Source: Hydrolagus affinis (lineage: Eukaryota). Taken from it: a stretch of 64,000 nt of DNA. This document shows positions 58,273 to 64,000 of the stretch, piece by piece (the first letter of the stretch is position 1; every line of letters begins with the position of its first letter). The notes beneath the pieces were generated by a model. That model was not told the DNA's origin and made no database searches. It was given only the letters and a program-made list of their open reading frames with translations. The stretch covers positions 1 through 64,000 of the forward strand of contig JAAILG010000164.1 in assembly GCA_012026655.1 (NCBI GenBank), read 5' to 3'. The translations under genes and the position numbers were made by a program.

Positions 58273-61200
58273 ACTAAAGTGGGTGGGTGAGAAAAGCGTG
58301 GCCACGTGGATTAGCGAAAATAAAGGAATAAGAAGCAAAGGTCAGGCGTGCTGCAGGAATTGTACAGACAGTATATTCCTTTATTAGTTCTGTCATTCCA
58401 GACAGCAACATAATACCTCATGCTTGTTTTTTAAACTTTCTCCATTCCCCAATGACCCGTGTGCAATTATTTTAGCATTCAACCTTTTAGGCCTGCGTAT
58501 ATTATTACTCTTTCCCTTTTGGATAGTATCTCCGCATTTGATGATATTTTCTCTTTATTTAGAAAAACCATTTAACTTTATCATCTTTTTCTCCCAGCTT
58601 CTCTGCTGGTTCCTCTTCTAAAGACTGGGCTCTATTTCTTCTCGGCAGGAAGTATCCTTACTGTTGGCATAGATTCCCATTACCAAATGCCCATCCCCAT
58701 TATATACTACAAGCAGGATCTCTTTAGCTCCACTGAACCACTCTTATTCAGTGGAGATGAATGAGTTCTATTGATCTAGTACCCAACGGTCTTCAGAACT
58801 GTATAGCACTGCTGACACAACTTGGAAGGATAGATATATGACGGTGGCGGGGGGATTAGCAATGAGGGGATTCTTCCCTTTGGTTCCTGATTTAACAGGT
58901 AACCAGGAAGGGTGATTAAGACTTTGACTCAGGACTCAGTTTAGAAACAGCTTCATACTGTAATGGATAGAAAGTAGGGCTTGTGTTCTGGAAATGTAAG
59001 TCAAGTTAGCCTAACAATTTTCTTCATCTGAACCTCTCTGGTGATCTTGTGATAACTGTGCAAAGCCAATGGCCTTACAAGTAAGCTAATCCTTGCTAGA
59101 CAAACAGTGGGAAGCAGACATGAGCCAAGAAATGGTAAGCTGCTCTGTTTTAACTGGTTCATTTCCAGCAATGCAATAATGCACGCTTTGGGGTCCCTAA
59201 TGCCTTGTTTTCTGTAAATCCTTACCTGAGTTCCAGACATTGTCAAGCTCTGGGAAGGTTTGGTGTGGGGGGGTGTTTGGAATTTGCACTCTTCGGAATA
59301 GACAAATAGAAAGTATACCTTTGTGAGTTCTCAGTAGCTAGAACTGGAAACTCTTAAGCACAGTAAGGGTTTGCGAGTGTGCCAAAGTCCCAGCTGAACA
59401 AAAAAATATAATTATTCAGGCTCACACGAGTTGCCCCTGTGTGCTTGGAAATAATTCCAAAGCAATTTTAAAAGCATTGTTTAATTTATATCTTAATGTC
59501 ACACATGCAGGGACAAATTCCCCAAACGTACAGAATGGAGCAATATAGCGCTTAGCCCACATCAAACACCTCAACACCTGGAGCGTACTGTGCTGAATGA
59601 TCTAGTAGCATAACAAGGCTCCAGGGGGCCCTAGTGCACAAATCTGAAATTTTGCTCACCTTCACCATCTCTGTCTCCTTGTGTTCTCTTTCTTCCCAGC
59701 AAAGCTCATGCATGGCGTGGCTATATCCAAATGGGGAGTGTGAGAACACATGTCATTCCATCTCTCGTGAGTTGGGCCCCCATAACTTTGTGGGCCCTGG
59801 CATATCTGTGGCACTTGCTCCATTGTAATTACATCAGTGGAATGATCCCAATTATTTTTTTTAAATTCCACACGAGAAATTACTCAATCCACAACTGTTT
59901 ATGGGACACTTCTGTATGCATTTGGCTGCTGCATTTCGCCCACAATACATATAGTCCATTCACTTTACAGCATATTCCGTGAAGCACTGAAATTCATTTC
60001 TTGCAAGGCCTGAGACCTCAAACTCTCCAGATATTATCTTAAGAGCTAAAATATCAGATTGTTCAGACTGTTGGAAAACCCTTAAATTCTGTCTTAATTT
60101 GGAAGGCACATTTCTGTTCAAGCAATGCAGGAAACACTGTGCAACACCAATGTTAATCTAGACAAAGATACAGAATAAATTGTAAAGTGCTAGTTTGTGG
60201 TGCCAAAAAGGTGTAGTATCTCCAATATTTCTGTTGTGAGATAAATGTAGCAATAAATCACAAGTTGTGTTTGCAAGAGGCAGATTCAGGGTATGAACAA
60301 CTCTAGGGAGATTATTTATTCCCTTTTTTCAACTTGGGCTTTCATGTCTTTTCCCATCGGAGCCATATTTTATTGGGGGGAGTTGATTATATACATGTTT
60401 CAAAAATAACAGGATCTGTGGTTTATGTATACGTAATTATTGAGCCTGAATGTAATCTGGAACATAGAAATTTGGTAATTGGTGAAAGTTACTCATTGTG
60501 AAATGTGTAACCTCTGACGTCTGCCAATAATGGTACCCAGCTGGATTGTTCAGTAAATCTCAGTTGGTAGAGAAATGTACACACACATTTTTAAAGAACT
60601 CTATTTAATTTAAAGAGAACAAATACAAGCGCACTCGGTATTGAGATGGGCATGATGAGCCTGATCAGTGCATGGCCCCTTTCGGTGCTGAGATTTACAT
60701 TCCTCTGTGTTAATCTGACAAAGAATCATCTCTCCTCTCCATTGTAGTCAGCACAATTACATGAGGAAGAGAGGTATAGAGGAGGTGTAGATAGGGATCT
60801 TGTATAGAGTATCAACACTAGTATGGAACAGTTGGCCAAATTACTTGTTTCCATGCAGTATCACTTTATGTAATTTGAGGCCCAGAATTAATCTCGCCTG
60901 TAAAACCACATAATTTCAAAAATTTAAGGTGGTGGAGAAATGGGAACATTTCTTCTACTCAGCCTTAATTTAAGAGCTATGCAAAATTGACTACTGGAAG
61001 GAAAAGTAATCAAATTCCTCCAGGAAGGAAGAGATAAAAAGCTAAAGCTCTAACTTCTCAAGTCTCTTCATTGTTGGTCACATTCCCTGTTAGGTTAGTT
61101 TGCAGCGCAGTTGCAGTTCATGCATTTCTCTACTCACATTGTTTCATTCATTAGCGAAGCAAATTGACTTTCCTCTTGTCTTTCTCCACGTGACCAGCCC

Positions 61201-61309
61201 TGGAACTGAATGTCAACCATTGAGCCAACCCTCTGTGGCTGTCTCAGTGCAATTCAGGCCTGAGCCAGTTGGGTCTGTCGTACTCCACAACACTGCTGAT
61301 GAAAGCACA

Positions 61310-61717
61310 GCCATCCGGACTCATTGGCAGGACTTGGATAGGGAAAATCAGACAGTAGGTATAGGGATTGTTCCCACTCCTGTTCATCCTGATAGCTAAA
61401 GTTCTAAAGGGTAGGATGATTCTGGCCACTCAGGCAAGCAGAAAGCTTGCCTATGGCAAGATTTTAGCAGGTTAAACTCCAATGAACTCTCTGGGGTCCC
61501 AAAGCCTTGGCTCTTCCTAACCTGCACTTAATACATTCTGGAATCAGGTAAGCAGGAAGCATCCCTGAGGAAGAGAGTGCACATTCGATTCCAACAATCT
61601 ATCTCTGGAATTTCCATGTGTAGGTGGCATATTTCTGGAAACCTTTATATGGTTTTGATACTCTTAAGCATGGTGATGGTTTCCGCATGTGTCAGAGACC
61701 TAGCCACCCCCGAAAAG
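61310..61717 (+). repeat. Unnamed ~400-bp dispersed repeat, near full copy
   Basis: gttcccactc / ttttagcaggttaaactcc / aagccttggctctt / ggaatcaggtaagcaggaagcatccct / gagtgcacattc / gatactcttaagcatggtgatggtttccgcatgtgtcagagacc. Confidence 0.75.
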
Positions 61718-61984
61718 AGTTTACCCTCTAATTGCCTGGCCACAAATCCTAAAACTCACCCAATAGAGGTGGTCATTCCATGTGTGGAGGACCAAACCAC
61801 CATTGCACATGAACCCAGCACCCTCCAGTTAGTTCAATCTCAACTGCCTCAGGTATCCCGTCAGGTTTGTGAAACTTCTCACTGAATATTCATGTTACTG
61901 GAAAAGAAGGAAGCCGCATGTGGTTAATTATTAGCTGGCAAGGGGAGAGAATGGTCTATAAAACAGCACCAGTAGCGTTTCTGA

Positions 61985-61998
61985 GTCCCCATGGCAAC
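61985..61998. promoter_or_regulatory. RFX X-box-like palindrome
   Basis: GTCCCCATGGCAAC versus the X-box consensus GTNRCC-N-RGYAAC, in unique sequence. Motif match only. Confidence 0.4.
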
Positions 61999-63479
61999 AA
62001 TGCTTGTGTTTGTATGTTTACAGCGGAGTGTGTGGAGGTATATCAGTACAAGTCCTCGAGTTGTTAGACATTGCAAGTATCCCGAGTTGTTAAAGCTTGA
62101 GAAGGAGCTGGTGGCGATTCCACAAATTGCAAAACATGAAAACATCTTTTTTCAATTTAAAGAGCTAACTGTTGGTCTCCATGTATACCCCGAGGAGTTC
62201 ACATACAGTTTAAATTATTGGTTACAATTTTTTTTTTTGCATTTCCCACAAAGTAGTGATAAAACTACATCTGCCCCCTCCACCGTCCCCCACTCCCCCC
62301 TCCCCGCCCCACCCGCCAGATGTATCCCAAACTCTGTAGAACTTCCTGCTGTAATACTTTGCTCATCTTGTATTAATCTCTATTTCGTGGACCCCTTCCT
62401 TCAAGCAGAAGCTGAGGATATTTAGCTTATAAATCCTTGTAGCAACACAGTTGAGGGTTATTGTTCCTTAGTAACACGTGAGCATTATATGAATTTATAT
62501 TCATAAACTTTTATGTTTTAAGAGGGAAACTGTATTAACATAAAACAAATGTACACTGTCTTGGTTGCACATCCAGACATGTTCCAATAGAAACAATACC
62601 AGAGTTAAAGAGGTCGGGTCCTCATTTCATCCCATCACATTCGTCAGACTTGGTGACTGTCTCCACACACGTGATTAAAGTTACTGGAAACCTATTTTGA
62701 TGACAAGATTCATTTCTGTAGAACGAGCTCAATCTTGTCTTTCTTGGCAAATTAAATCACTACAGTGAATGTACAACGTGGGAACACAAGACAGCATAAT
62801 CAACACAAGGTGTTGTATTAAAACAAAACGACGGCAGTAAATCCTCTTGTAATAGGAAAGTGATGTTGGTAACATCCCATGGATTGCTGAGTGTTTTACA
62901 GTGCCCACAATGCGCAGCATGTTAGACTGGGTCCTGGGAACTTAAACTGTTCCATATAGGAATGCAACCGCAGGAGCAAGCGGCCAATCATTACTCTGAC
63001 CAGCATGCAGAGGGAACGTGTTTGTTTGAACAGTTAGCAGCAGCCTGACATGACATTTTTTTAAAGGAAGCCAGATGGCATCTATTTAGTTTAAATGTGT
63101 CCACTGTGGCTGTTCTAGCACCTCAAACCTTTTCACTGACTGCATTATAAGACGCTACCAGTTGGCGTTCTGGTATTAATTAACAAGCTACTAGGGAGAA
63201 CTGCCGAGGTCAGAGGTTCGAGGGGAACATATTTATGGTGGGGACCATTCAAATTGAAATGAGAAGTGTTGATTTAAGCCAGGAAAAATGTAACTGACCA
63301 AGTTAATAACAAGAAAGATATTTCAGCAATTTGACAGAAAAAAAAACGCGTATTGAAATGATAAAACCATCTCTTTCTCTTGGCTCTTCGGTTTCATTGC
63401 AAGACTACTGGTGATGGCTTCCACTTTAGTATGTGGGGACCACAGAATAGTCTGAATATACAAATGGGAACCATAATTA

Positions 63480-63890
63480 ATTTATAATGATGCCTGCAGT
63501 TGATATCACATTGAAATGCCTCAAAATACTTCACATAATAGGTTACTCTGAAGAATAGTGACTCTTGTTTATGAAGACAAACACAACAGCTAATGTATTC
63601 CAGCAAGGTCCGACAAAGAGAAATGAGGCAAATTAACAATTTTAACCTATATTTGGTTAATGGTGGAATATTGACCAGGACATCGGGAGAACTCCCTTGT
63701 CTTTGAGATAGTGCTGTGAGATCTTGAACATCCATCTGAACAGCAAGATGAAACATTAATTTAACATCTCATCCAAAGGAAAGTACTTCCACCAATATAT
63801 TGAACCCTCAGTACTGCACAGTAGGGTGAGCCTAAATTATCAACTCAAATACTGGTTTAGGCCTCAAACGCACAATCTAAAGGGTTTTCA
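63480..63890 (-). mobile_element. Deu-domain SINE, near full length
   Basis: ttgaccaggacatcgggagaactcccttg...atagtgctgtgagatcttgaacatccatctgaacag...tttaacatctcatccaaagga. Confidence 0.8.
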
Positions 63891-64000
63891 ACTGAATTAA
63901 ATGACATATAATTAAATGTCGGGAATAACAAATGCAGCAACTTTAATAGTATTTAATGTCTAGATTAAATTAATTTACAGCAAGCAATCCAAAACCTAAA

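Overview
This is AT-rich eukaryotic non-coding DNA (intron or intergenic) from a vertebrate. It is dense in retroposon relics: L2-clade and CR1-clade LINE fragments, a young tRNA-headed SINE with a CORE-like block and an L2-type tail (long and short subfamilies), and an older Deu-domain SINE. It also holds several TA-flanked Tc1/mariner (Tigger/pogo-like) MITEs and an unnamed ~400-bp dispersed repeat. This repeat mix suggests a cartilaginous fish, possibly a holocephalan such as the elephant shark (inference). I could not recognise any host protein-coding gene. Every ORF-track peptide I recognise is degenerate LINE ORF2 (reverse transcriptase); the rest are SINE read-throughs or chance ORFs. 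A few splice-flanked open segments are reported as low-confidence exon candidates only. There are no rRNA genes, true tRNA genes or CRISPR arrays, and I see no convincing novel biological system. The most notable structures are a ~290-bp fold-back duplication with a 62-bp perfect stem (44692-44984), a ~108-bp hairpin with a central CRE inside a MITE nested in a SINE (33450-33557), recurrent fold-backs of retroposon tails, several nested insertions, and a set of RFX X-box and CTCF-like motifs in unique sequence. Boundaries of old repeats are approximate.
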